From: Candidatus Levyibacteriota bacterium
GTDB lineage: Bacteria > Patescibacteriota > Microgenomatia > Levybacterales > UBA12049
Length of the DNA: 64,000 nt
Direction of reading: 5' to 3'
NCBI GenBank assembly: GCA_027459725.1
Contig: DAIDHK010000006.1
Location: forward strand, 1,895-65,894
The notes under the pieces are model-generated. The model saw only the letters and a list, made by a program, of their open reading frames with translations. It did not search any database and had not been told where the DNA came from. Position 1 is the stretch's first letter, and each line of letters begins with the position of its first letter. Below, piece after piece: positions 1 through 9,482 of the stretch. A program made the position numbers and the translations under genes.

Positions 1-948
1 GTGCATCCATTTTATATTTTGCTAATAATTCCTCTGGTGTACCGGACTCTGCAAAAGTATCCTGCAAACCGACAAATTCCATGGGAAGTGGTCTGTGTTT
101 TGCTAAACATTCTGCAATTGCTCCTCCCAGGCCACCCATCACCTGATGATCTTCTACGGTTACAACTGCCTGTGTCTTTCTAGTTAAACTTAAAACTCCT
201 TCAACGTCAAGGGGTTTGATAGTTGAAACATTGGCGACAATCACCTGAATACCTTCATCGTCTAATTGTTTAGCTGCCAACAAAGCTTGATATAAAAGAT
301 ATCCTGTGGCAAAGATAGTAACTTGGGGATTATCTGAGATCCAGAAATTCTGTATTTTACCAACCTCAAAAGGGGTCTCATCTGTTGTTAGAACAATGGA
401 TTTATCCCGAGTAAAGCGAAGATAAACAGCAGTATCGATTTTAGTACTGGCAATAGTGGCTTTTTTACCTTCTATATTGTCGCAAGGGATATAAATCTGA
501 ATATCGGGCCAGCAGCGTGTAATAGCAATATCTTCAGTAGCCTGGTGGGTAGCACCGTCAGGTCCAGTCATAACTCCGCTGTGATGGCCGGCGATTTTTA
601 CATTAGCCTTGTTGTAAACTGCTGTTGTACGGATTGTCTCCCAGTTTTTACCTGGGGAGAAGGTAGCATATGAGGAAATGAAGGCAACTTTTCCTGCTTC
701 TGCTAACCCTGCAGCAATAGCAGCCATGTTTTGTTCAGCGACTCCAACTTCAAAAAATCTTTCAGGATGCTCTTTAGCGAATTTATCTGTGCGTGTTGAA
801 TCTGATAGATCAGCTGTCAGCACTACAACATCAGGGTTGGAATTGCCTAATTCTACAAGTCCTTCTCCAAATCCGTCACGAGTCGCTTTTTTCTGCGCAT
901 CGTCTGAAAACATCTTTTCATTTAGTTTCAAATTAGGATTTAACATAT
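1..948 (-). CDS. Transketolase C-terminal subunit, partial (3' end runs off window start)
   Basis: Minus-strand ORF from ATG at 948 translates to MLNPNLKLNEKMFSDDAQKKATRDGFGEGLVELG...GVAEQNMAAIAAGLA...LTRKTQAVVTVEDHQVMGGLGGAIAECLA, the pyrimidine-binding/C-terminal domains of transketolase. Absent from the ORF track because no stop lies within the window. It overlaps a spurious plus-strand ORF at 1..183. Confidence 0.85.
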
Positions 949-955
949 GTTTGTT

Positions 956-1834
956 CTATTGATCCGCTTCTATTTTACCCTGTAAAGTTCTTAACTCATC
1001 AAGTGCCTGTTTGGCCTGATCTGCATTAGGTGGTATGCCATGCCATTCAAATTTATTTTCCATGAAGTCCACACCTTTGCCAGGAATGGTGTGAGCGATG
1101 ATAACAGTTGGTTTCTGATGAACTGCTTTGGCTTCATTAACACTGTCAACTAACATTCTCATGTTATGACCATCGATTTCCAGAACATTCCAGTTGAAAG
1201 CAGCAAATTTATCTTTTAGTGGTTCAATCGGCATAACATCTTCAGTAAATCCGTCAATCTGGATATTATTACGATCTATGATTAAAGTTAAATTTGATAA
1301 TCTGTTTTTCCCTGCAAACATAGCTGCTTCCCACGGATTTCCTTCCTGAAGTTCTCCATCAGAACCAAGGCAATAGACATGAGCACTTTTATTATCCAGT
1401 TTTAGTGCTAAAGCCATACCAATAGCCTGAGAAAGTCCTTCACCTAAAGGACCCGAGGTGGTCTCAATTCCAGGTAATACTCCGCGATGAGGATGCCCCT
1501 GTAATCTTGTGTTAATTTTGCGAAGAGTTTTTAATTCTTCAAGAGGAAAATAACCTGACATTGCAAGGGCAGCATATTGTACAGGACAGATATGTCCATT
1601 GGATAACACAAGACGGTCTCGGTCTTTCCAGTCAGGATTGCGTGGATCATGATTAAGTACATGAAAATACATGGCAGTGAATATATCAGCCATACCAAGT
1701 GGTCCTGCTGAATGGCCGGACTTTGCTTCAAGGAGCATTTCTATAATATGCTCTCGCATTTCTACAGCTTTTTCTTCTAGATGCTTCAATTGTAAATCAG
1801 TTAATGAATCAACCATATCAGTTAGGAACTCCAA
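956..1834 (-). CDS. Transketolase N-terminal (TPP-binding) subunit
   Basis: 292 aa with the TPP-binding region (GHSAGPLGMADIF, GSDGELQEGNPWEA). Stop is TAG at 956-958; the C-terminal subunit starts at 948, giving the split-transketolase arrangement. Confidence 0.85.
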   Translation of the reverse strand: MEFLTDMVDSLTDLQLKHLEEKAVEMREHIIEMLLEAKSGHSAGPLGMADIFTAMYFHVLNHDPRNPDWKDRDRLVLSNGHICPVQYAALAMSGYFPLEELKTLRKINTRLQGHPHRGVLPGIETTSGPLGEGLSQAIGMALALKLDNKSAHVYCLGSDGELQEGNPWEAAMFAGKNRLSNLTLIIDRNNIQIDGFTEDVMPIEPLKDKFAAFNWNVLEIDGHNMRMLVDSVNEAKAVHQKPTVIIAHTIPGKGVDFMENKFEWHGIPPNADQAKQALDELRTLQGKIEADQ

Positions 1835-3134
1835 GGGATTTTTTCCCTATGTTTTTTTTATATACTATTATTAAATCAGAAACGTTGGATGAAAGTCTAT
1901 CGGTAATGATAGCGTCGCCAACTTTACTGAAAAATGGTGAACTATTATGCGCTTGTAAAAAAGATTGGGGATCAGCATTCTTTTCCTCTGCTTTGATCAA
2001 TGTTTGTTTATCACCAATTGCACCCGCGATAGGAGAATTGTCCCATCCATCAGAATCAATGGCGGCTATTGTAATTTTTTCTCCTAAATAGGGTAGAGCA
2101 GCTAAGACTAGTTCCTGATTTCTCCCGCCTTCACCACCTTTACCTTTGACTTTAACCGTGGTTTCTCCGCCTGCAAGAAGTATAGTATTCTCCGGTGTTA
2201 CATCGATAAGTTTTTTACCGGCTGAATCTGCATCAGACTGGAAGGAATTAGAATAAATTTGTACATTTACATTTCTTTCCGTGGCCAGATCTTTCATTTT
2301 GTTCATAGCGGTCATATTAGTATCCATTAACATGTTGTGAACGTTTGCAAAGTAATTATCATCTTTGGGAGTTTCAAAAAAGTCACGTTCTTTGAGTTTA
2401 ATAGACTCATTAATCTTGAATTTAATATACAGATCCCAAGCTTCACCCACAGTTGAATCATCTTTTACCAGAGGTCCTGAGGCAATAACTGATAGGTCAT
2501 CACCCGGAACATCAGAAAAAACCAGATTTATGACAGTAGCAGGATACAGATGTTCTGCCAATCCTCCACCTTTGACTTTGGATACATGTTTTCGCATGAC
2601 ATTCATATCGTGAATATTGGCTCCGGCGTGTAATAGAGCTTGGTTAAAGCTTGTTAATTTTTCTAGATTAAGACTATGTGGCTTTTCGAACATTACAGAG
2701 CCGCCACCGCATGTAACCATAATGATTAAATCAGTTTTATCCAGTTTACTTAACACATCCAGAACCTGTTGCGTGAAATCAAGATTAGCTTGGGAAGGAA
2801 GAGGATGAGTCCCAAGAGTAAACTTAATTTTGTTAAACTTATGTTCCTTGGCGTCAATGACGTAACCCTCTGTCAGTTTATCACCAAGTAATTTTTCTAT
2901 CAGAAAAGAAATCTCACCAGATCCCTTGCCGAATCCAAGAAGGAAAATTCTCTTAAAAGTCTGCAGATTAAATTCCTTCTTTTGTACATATAGATGATCA
3001 TTCTTAATAGTAAAGTGGTTGTTGATAACTTCCTCTGGCTGAATAGCTATTATAGCTGTGTCTATTAAATCTAAAATTAGTTTTCTCTCATCAGTACTGG
3101 CTAGCGTATCGTAGTTTTTGATATATTTTACCAT
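1818..3134 (-). CDS. Glycerate kinase, MOFRL family (DUF4147 + MOFRL)
   Basis: 438 aa; motifs TCGGGSV and ILLAGGETTVKVKGKGGEGGRNQE are typical of GckA-type glycerate 2-kinase. Stop is TGA at 1818-1820, overlapping the transketolase start by 17 nt. Confidence 0.75.
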   Translation of the reverse strand: MVKYIKNYDTLASTDERKLILDLIDTAIIAIQPEEVINNHFTIKNDHLYVQKKEFNLQTFKRIFLLGFGKGSGEISFLIEKLLGDKLTEGYVIDAKEHKFNKIKFTLGTHPLPSQANLDFTQQVLDVLSKLDKTDLIIMVTCGGGSVMFEKPHSLNLEKLTSFNQALLHAGANIHDMNVMRKHVSKVKGGGLAEHLYPATVINLVFSDVPGDDLSVIASGPLVKDDSTVGEAWDLYIKFKINESIKLKERDFFETPKDDNYFANVHNMLMDTNMTAMNKMKDLATERNVNVQIYSNSFQSDADSAGKKLIDVTPENTILLAGGETTVKVKGKGGEGGRNQELVLAALPYLGEKITIAAIDSDGWDNSPIAGAIGDKQTLIKAEEKNADPQSFLQAHNSSPFFSKVGDAIITDRLSSNVSDLIIVYKKNIGKKSLGVPN

Positions 3135-3223
3135 CTATATATATATTAGTTACAGCAGAGGAATTTGTAAAGCATTGTTATAAGGATTACAGTTATGGTT
3201 AAGATTCTCTAATGTAGTGTATA

Positions 3224-3532
3224 TTGAAGTGTACTATGATCAGTTCTGATATTGTTAATACAAGATTGAAAAATCAGAAACTTATTACTCCCAGGTTTAA
3301 TACTTCGGCTCAGGTAGTTGATTGGTTCGGAGCGATTCAAGCTCAGGATTTTGTTGCGGCTAAATGGGTGCTTAGTCTGTGGCAAAAAAATAAAACATAT
3401 ACGGAGATTGAGGAAGAATTTAATAAAGGTTTGATTTTGCGTACACATTTTATGCGTCCAACATGGCATTCATTGGATGGTAAATATTTCAGGACAACAA
3501 GCTCAAAAATAAATTTAAGAAATTGGATTTAA
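3224..3532 (+). pseudogene. N-terminal fragment of a winged-helix AlkZ/YcaQ-like (DUF1006) DNA-glycosylase-family protein
   Basis: 102 aa: FGAIQAQDFVAAKWVLSLW...ILRTHFMRPTWH matches the conserved N-terminus of YcaQ/AlkZ-family proteins, which are normally about 350-400 aa. The ORF ends after about 100 codons, so it is truncated. Confidence 0.5.
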
Positions 3533-3597
3533 AGATAAAGCTGGTAAGTAATGAATGTCTTCAGTATCCTTTCAGTTAGGATTGTTAAGATAAGATT

Positions 3598-4029
3598 ATG
3601 AAAGAGCAACATAAGAGTCTTTTACTTACAGGCTTGCTGGTGGTAATAGTAGCATTTATTGCATTTGTAGCTGGTACTACTGTTGGTCGCTGGCATGCAG
3701 TAAGCGGCTTACGTTCACCTGCTTCTATAATGAATAGGCCCGGCTGGGCTTCGGGCAAGTTAAATTATAATCCAAGAGCAAGAATGTTGGATAAGGGTAA
3801 AGTAAATCTTAATGGCACGATTACCGCGATTAATGGTAATCAAGTAACTTTAAGAATGACTGATGGAACTAGTAGAACTGTCACTCTCTCTTCCTCTACG
3901 CAGTATACTCAGCTCACGTCCGTTACTCAGACTAGTTTGAAAAACGGTCAGAATGTGACAATTTCTAATCTTCCAGTACAGAATGGTTCTTCCAGTGCCC
4001 AGGTTGTGCGCATTAATCCAACTCAGTAA
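3598..4029 (+). CDS. Small secreted/membrane-anchored protein (DUF5666-like beta-rich)
   Basis: N-terminal TM/signal (LLLTGLLVVIVAFIAFVAG) followed by VNLNGTITAINGNQVTLRMTDGTSRTVTL. No catalytic motifs. Confidence 0.45.
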   Translation: MKEQHKSLLLTGLLVVIVAFIAFVAGTTVGRWHAVSGLRSPASIMNRPGWASGKLNYNPRARMLDKGKVNLNGTITAINGNQVTLRMTDGTSRTVTLSSSTQYTQLTSVTQTSLKNGQNVTISNLPVQNGSSSAQVVRINPTQ

Positions 4030-4076
4030 TACAATTATAGATTATTTAAAATTTATTCTTTATACTACTTAAGCAG

Positions 4077-4505
4077 GTGAATATGAAATTGTTCTCCGCA
4101 TGTAATATCTATATTTCCGAATCAAAAATTGAAAATGCAGGGATGGGAGTGTTTGCCAGTCATGATATTAAGATTGGTGAAATAATTGAGAAATGTCCGA
4201 TTATTTTGCTTGACGAACCTGATATTTTAGAGATTAGAAAAACCAAACTGCGCAATTATTATTTCATGTGGGGGAATGATAAGAGGTATCATAAAGGGGC
4301 TATTTGTCTGGGATTTGGATCGATATATAATCATTCTTATTCACCTAACGCTACATATCGTAAAGTGTTTATAGAGGGCAAGATTGAATTCATTGCGATC
4401 AAAAATATCAGCTCAGATGACGAAATAACGGTAAATTATAATCATGGAAAGCCAGATGATAAGACAAGATTGTGGATAAAAGAGATTCCCCCAGCTAAAG
4501 AGTAA
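4077..4505 (+). CDS. SET-domain protein (putative protein-lysine N-methyltransferase)
   Basis: ENAGMGVFASHDIKIGEII (SET-N GxG motif), NHSYSPN (NHSCxPN-type motif) and DDEITVNY (EELTxxY-type) in the canonical SET order. 142 aa. Confidence 0.7.
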   Translation: MNMKLFSACNIYISESKIENAGMGVFASHDIKIGEIIEKCPIILLDEPDILEIRKTKLRNYYFMWGNDKRYHKGAICLGFGSIYNHSYSPNATYRKVFIEGKIEFIAIKNISSDDEITVNYNHGKPDDKTRLWIKEIPPAKE

Positions 4506-4697
4506 TTATATGAATAAATTTGTAGTAACAGAATTATTATTAGATGGGGTATTTGAAGCGCCCGGTCATAATGGATCTGGTTTTAAATATGAAGGATGAA
4601 AAATGGTGTATGGTAATGAAGAATTCATGAAATTTATATTATCAGAAATTTAAACAACAAGATTTAATAGAGGAGTTGTAAAATTAATATATAAATT

Positions 4698-5267
4698 ATG
4701 AAAAAAATATTTCTATTCATGATGACAACTCTCGATGGATTTTTTGAAGGGCCTGAACATGATTTATCTTGGCATAATGTTGACAGTGAGTTTGTTCAGT
4801 TTGCTAATGAACAACTGGATGAGTCAGACATGGTTCTGTATGGGCGAAGAACATATCAACTGATGGAGAGCTACTGGCCAACAGAATCAGGACTAAAGAA
4901 TGATTATGAAACAGCCAGAAGAATGAACAGTTTGAAGAAAGTAGTTTTTTCGCGGACTTTAAAAGAAGTCAAACAGACAAATATTTGGAAAAATGTAACA
5001 CTCAAACATGAAATAGATCCTCAGTTTATTAATCAACTAAAAGCTCAGCAAAGAAAAAATATTATTGTTCTAGCAAGTTCAAATTTATGTTTGAGTTTAC
5101 TGAGATTTGGATTACTAGATGAATTGAGAATAATGATTAACCCTGTGGTTCTAGGAAGGGGTACTAGATTACTTGAAGGAATTGAGAGGAAATTAGAACT
5201 GGATTTAATTAAAATGCGACATTTTGGCAATGGGAATGTCTTAAATATCTACAAGATTAATAAATAA
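4698..5267 (+). CDS. Dihydrofolate-reductase-family protein (RibD C-terminal domain type)
   Basis: MTTLDGFFEGPEHDLSWH...LYGRRTYQLM...VLGRGTRLLEG, the RibD_C/DHFR-like fold pattern. 189 aa. Confidence 0.6.
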   Translation: MKKIFLFMMTTLDGFFEGPEHDLSWHNVDSEFVQFANEQLDESDMVLYGRRTYQLMESYWPTESGLKNDYETARRMNSLKKVVFSRTLKEVKQTNIWKNVTLKHEIDPQFINQLKAQQRKNIIVLASSNLCLSLLRFGLLDELRIMINPVVLGRGTRLLEGIERKLELDLIKMRHFGNGNVLNIYKINK

Positions 5268-5273
5268 ATATAG

Positions 5274-5537
5274 CTATTTTCCACTTGACTGTGCCAATTT
5301 GTGATGTGAAGCTACAAGCCCAACAGTAACATAACATAAATAGACAATGCCTGTGAAACAGATTTCCGCTAAGTGAGAAGAATATTTGAAGATCAGCATT
5401 GTCCCAGTTATGAATGTTATGCCTATTAATACGTAGTTAATATATATCTTATTTAAGCTTGGTTTGATGAACAAGAAAAAAGTAAATAAAACACTCAGAC
5501 AAGCAATAAAAATGTGAAATATTAATAATGCGTCCAT
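5274..5537 (-). CDS. Small integral membrane protein (3 predicted TM), possibly the last gene of the oxidase operon
   Basis: 87 aa, hydrophobic, immediately downstream of cyoE on the same strand. Confidence 0.35.
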   Translation of the reverse strand: MDALLIFHIFIACLSVLFTFFLFIKPSLNKIYINYVLIGITFITGTMLIFKYSSHLAEICFTGIVYLCYVTVGLVASHHKLAQSSGK

Positions 5538-5599
5538 ATAATGGTCTGCCTATATTATATCTAACGGTGTTTAGAAGACAAGATGTTTAACTATATCAT

Positions 5600-6454
5600 T
5601 TAGGGTAGCCAGAACGATAAGCAAAGTAATAGACAAAAAACCATTAATGTAATTAATGAGAATTTGAAAACTGATTTACCCCAGAGAGTTTCATTAGTAG
5701 TATGTAGACCATTTATGCTTAACTTAAACCAGTATAACCCCAGTCCCAACATAATAATAATGTAGGTGTAACCTGTATAGTGGTAATAGAATAGTAAATA
5801 TATAGCCACCAAAAAAGCTATTATATAAATAATAATATCCCATTTTGCGACATTTACTCCCTTTTTTACTGGAAGTACCGGTATTTTAGCTTTTATATAG
5901 TCGTCTAAACGATAAATAGCTATTGCGTAAAAATGGGGCATCTGCCACATTGTCATGATGATAAAAAGTAATAAGGCTGCAGTATCAAAATTATTGGTAA
6001 CTGCACAGTAGCCTCCCACAATTGGCATAGAACCTGCTATACTTCCAACTAATGTACCATATGTAGATCTACGTTTGAAAAATCCATATATTATTACATA
6101 GAAAAACCAGCCTATAAAACCTAAAGCAAGTGTTAAGAGATTAGTGAAAATAAATAAAAGGACAAACCCTACTAATCCAAGAAATGTTCCATAAATCAGA
6201 GCATTTTTTGGAGAAATTAAACCTAAAGCCAGAGGTCGCTTAATAGTACGTTGCATCTTTTTATCAATTTCGCGATCAAGGTAATTATTAAACGTACATG
6301 CAGAAGCAATGACTAAGGAGATGCCAGTAATTGTCGTAATAAAAAGCAATAAATTAAAATTTCCTTTGGAGGCAAATAAAAAACCAGCTACTGCAGATAT
6401 GGCATTCCCATAAACCATTCCTGGTTTTGCAAGTAGATAATATTGTTTGATCAT
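5600..6454 (-). CDS. cyoE: Protoheme IX farnesyltransferase (heme o synthase)
   Basis: 284 aa polytopic protein of the UbiA-superfamily CyoE/CtaB type (NNYLDREIDKKMQRTIKRPLA). It is the last of the oxidase operon genes. Confidence 0.85.
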   Translation of the reverse strand: MIKQYYLLAKPGMVYGNAISAVAGFLFASKGNFNLLLFITTITGISLVIASACTFNNYLDREIDKKMQRTIKRPLALGLISPKNALIYGTFLGLVGFVLLFIFTNLLTLALGFIGWFFYVIIYGFFKRRSTYGTLVGSIAGSMPIVGGYCAVTNNFDTAALLLFIIMTMWQMPHFYAIAIYRLDDYIKAKIPVLPVKKGVNVAKWDIIIYIIAFLVAIYLLFYYHYTGYTYIIIMLGLGLYWFKLSINGLHTTNETLWGKSVFKFSLITLMVFCLLLCLSFWLP

Positions 6455-6500
6455 ATATTTAACATTTGTTCTTTATGAAATATAATTACTACTGATTTTT

Positions 6501-6890
6501 TTAGAATCCTTCTCCGTATTGCATCAGGTTATTAAGTTGTAACAAACTCATACTATAATTAAGATGAGCCATAATCCATATTGAACCTCCCACAATAATT
6601 AAGATAATACCTACAAATGAAATCATTACAGCCAGTTTCCATCTTGGCTTAGTTTCACGCCCCAAGTGCAAAAAGAATATTAATTGAACTATCATCTGTA
6701 ATAGTGCAAAAAAAAGTATAACAGTCAACAGTACATATGTACTTCCTATATGATTTGTTACCAGAAAATAGGGGATTAGGGTAAGAAAGATCGATGAAGC
6801 AAAGCCAGTGATATAAGTTGATAATTTTGGTCCTCGATTCTCTTTTAAGTTGTCCGTTGTTTGTATAACGTTTGTCATATTAAATTCCAC
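6501..6890 (-). CDS. cyoD: Quinol oxidase subunit IV
   Basis: 129 aa, 3 TM helices, placed between subunit III and heme o synthase as in cyo/qox operons. Confidence 0.65.
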   Translation of the reverse strand: MEFNMTNVIQTTDNLKENRGPKLSTYITGFASSIFLTLIPYFLVTNHIGSTYVLLTVILFFALLQMIVQLIFFLHLGRETKPRWKLAVMISFVGIILIIVGGSIWIMAHLNYSMSLLQLNNLMQYGEGF

Positions 6891-7476
6891 TCATTAAATA
6901 AACTATGGTAAAAATGAAGATCCATACGATATCTAAAAAATGCCAAAAAAGGCTAAGTAACGTTAGTTTGCGTGATAAACTAGAGGTCAATCCTTCCTTC
7001 CAGATTTTGAATAAACAGATTATCATCCAGATCAGACCAGCAGTAATATGTAATCCATGTGTCCCTACCAGAGTGAAATAGGCGGACAGGAAACCACTGC
7101 GCTGCCAACTGTTGCCTTCACTGATAAGTTTACTAAACTCACTCAATTCTAAAATCAAAAAAGTTATACCTAAAATAAAAGTTAAACTAAACCACAAAAT
7201 AACCTGAATTTTGTTTTTCTGTTGCAAAGCCAGAATAGCTAGGCCACAAGTGAAACTGCTGGTTAATAAAATTAAAGTTTCAGATAGTGCAAAAGGTAGG
7301 TTAAACACATTACGATCCATTGGGCCACCGAATGTATTACCTCGCAGTACTGTATAGGTAGCAAAAAGTACTCCAAACATGACCAAGTCGGTCATAAGAT
7401 AAATCCAGAATCCTAGAGTGGTTTTATCATTATTTTCTGTTTCTTTTTTTAAATTTAATGTTGTCACACTGTTCAT
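6880..7476 (-). CDS. cyoC: Quinol oxidase subunit III
   Basis: 198 aa with the 5-TM pattern of haem-copper oxidase subunit III (FFVGTHGLHITAGLIW-like region). Confidence 0.8.
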   Translation of the reverse strand: MNSVTTLNLKKETENNDKTTLGFWIYLMTDLVMFGVLFATYTVLRGNTFGGPMDRNVFNLPFALSETLILLTSSFTCGLAILALQQKNKIQVILWFSLTFILGITFLILELSEFSKLISEGNSWQRSGFLSAYFTLVGTHGLHITAGLIWMIICLFKIWKEGLTSSLSRKLTLLSLFWHFLDIVWIFIFTIVYLMSGI

Positions 7477-7479
7477 AGT

Positions 7480-9474
7480 TTAAACCGTTAATCTGTACTG
7501 TTTGTCAAGTTTTTCAACCTCACTGGCTGGTAGAACATATTCGGTGTTTTCATCAAAAGTTCTTTTTATCATACAAATGATCGCGCCAGTTAGTCCGATT
7601 ATTGCAAACAGAGTAGCTTGCCAGACCATAGCCAAACCAAACAGGAAAAGAAAAGCGGCCAGATAAATACCCATCGCTGTATTTTTTGGTAATACAATAT
7701 CTTCATATATAATGGGTGATTTATTTTTCTGCTTTTTCATCTCCCAGTAAGCATCACGGCTGTGAACCTGAGGGATGACGGGGAAGTTATAAAAGGGAAT
7801 GGGTGAGGGTGTTGACCACTCCAGCGAACGTCCATTCCAGGGATCACCAGTTGTATCGCGCAGTTGCCTGCGGTTTTTAATACTTACGATTAACTGAACC
7901 ACCTGTAAAATCACAGCTACAACTATAATTAATGCACCAATTAGTGAGACCAAAAAAAGGTATTGCCACCCAGTTGAAGGAGAGTAATGGTCCATACGGC
8001 GCGTGGCTCCCATCATACCTAGAATATATAACGGAACGAAAGAAGCGAAAAAACCGACTAGCCAGGTCCAAAAGACATATTTACCTAGTTTCTCATCCAG
8101 TTTAAAACCGGTAATTTTAGGAAACCAATATGTAATTCCGGCAAAAATACCAAACAAAGCTCCACCCACAATCATTGTATGGAAATGGGCAACTAAAAAT
8201 AAACTATTGTGTATTTGAAAATCTACTGGGGGGAGTGCCATCAACATACCAGCCATTCCACCAAATGTAAATGTACTTATAAAGCCAAAGAACCAATAAA
8301 TTGGGGAATAATACCTTATACGTCCACGAAACATTGTAAGGAGCCAGTTTACGATTTGAACTCCTGTAGGAATACCTATATACATAGTCATGATGCCAAA
8401 AAAAGCATTTACATCAGCACCGGCGCCCATGGTAAAAAAATGATGCAGCCAGACAGTGAATGACAATAGGGTAATTAAGCCAGCCGCTGCTACTAGGGAT
8501 GGGTAGCCAAATACTTTTTTCTGAGCAAAAGTTGATACTACTTCAGAATAAATACCAAAAGCGGGAATGATCAGAACATACACTTCAGGATGTCCCCACA
8601 TCCAGATTAAATTCCAATACATCATCTGATTACCGGCATTGTTCAGTGTGAAAAAATGCATTCCCAGATAACGATCAACAGTTAAAAGAGCAATAGTCAT
8701 AGCAAGGATTGGGAAGATGGAAATAACTAACAACATGCTCATCAGAGAAGTCCAGGTAAACATTGGCATACGCATAAGACTCATGCCTGGAGCTCGCATC
8801 TTAAGAATAGTTACTACGAAATTTATACCTCCGATGAGTGTTCCTAAACCAGAAATTTGCAAGCTCCAGATCCAATAATTTACCCCAGTCCCAGGTTGAA
8901 ATTGAAGCTCGGATAAAGGAGCAACAGCTAGCCATCCAGTGGCTGCAAACTCTCCACCTAACACAAAAAACATGTTAATTAATATTGCTCCTGCAACGTA
9001 TAACCAGAAACCTAATGAATTTAGAAAAGGAAAGGCAAGATCGCGCGCGCCGATTTGTAGAGGGACGATTAAATTTATTAACCCAAACAGAAAGCCCATG
9101 GTAACAAAGAAAACCATGATATCGCCATGAGCAGTAAAGATTTGCTGGAAGTGATTAGCATCAAGATAGCCGTGTTTTGCTCCAAGAACTCCTGGGCCAA
9201 CAGTTAGAACCTGCTGTGAGAAAAGCATAAGAGCATCCAGTCCTCCTCTTACAAACATCAAAAATGCCATGATAAGATACATGACGCCGATTTTTTTAGG
9301 GTCAGTGGAGGTAAGCCAATTTTTCCATAACCATCTCCAGCGCTTTGTTATAGTTAAAAAAACAGCAGCCGCACCTAACATGGTAAAAATAGCTCCGGTG
9401 CCACCTATGGTAAACCACTGGTGCGGAAGATCTGCCCAAGTAAGTTGACCAATGATAAAAGATTTCCAATTCAT
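7480..9474 (-). CDS. cyoB: Haem-copper quinol oxidase subunit I
   Basis: 664 aa; WMWGHPEVYVLIIPAFG and the conserved His-rich helices of HCO subunit I. Confidence 0.9.
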   Translation of the reverse strand: MNWKSFIIGQLTWADLPHQWFTIGGTGAIFTMLGAAAVFLTITKRWRWLWKNWLTSTDPKKIGVMYLIMAFLMFVRGGLDALMLFSQQVLTVGPGVLGAKHGYLDANHFQQIFTAHGDIMVFFVTMGFLFGLINLIVPLQIGARDLAFPFLNSLGFWLYVAGAILINMFFVLGGEFAATGWLAVAPLSELQFQPGTGVNYWIWSLQISGLGTLIGGINFVVTILKMRAPGMSLMRMPMFTWTSLMSMLLVISIFPILAMTIALLTVDRYLGMHFFTLNNAGNQMMYWNLIWMWGHPEVYVLIIPAFGIYSEVVSTFAQKKVFGYPSLVAAAGLITLLSFTVWLHHFFTMGAGADVNAFFGIMTMYIGIPTGVQIVNWLLTMFRGRIRYYSPIYWFFGFISTFTFGGMAGMLMALPPVDFQIHNSLFLVAHFHTMIVGGALFGIFAGITYWFPKITGFKLDEKLGKYVFWTWLVGFFASFVPLYILGMMGATRRMDHYSPSTGWQYLFLVSLIGALIIVVAVILQVVQLIVSIKNRRQLRDTTGDPWNGRSLEWSTPSPIPFYNFPVIPQVHSRDAYWEMKKQKNKSPIIYEDIVLPKNTAMGIYLAAFLFLFGLAMVWQATLFAIIGLTGAIICMIKRTFDENTEYVLPASEVEKLDKQYRLTV

Positions 9475-9482
9475 ATTTAGTT

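Noticed and set aside
1-183. Plus-strand 60-aa ORF at the window start
   Set aside because: It lies antisense inside the transketolase C-terminal-subunit reading frame, which has a clear homology signal. Treated as spurious.
7877-9130. Several 60-85-aa ORFs on both strands inside cyoB (7877..8071, 8003..8218, 8209..8463, 8939..9130)
   Set aside because: They overlap the strongly supported subunit I frame and have no motifs. Chance ORFs.
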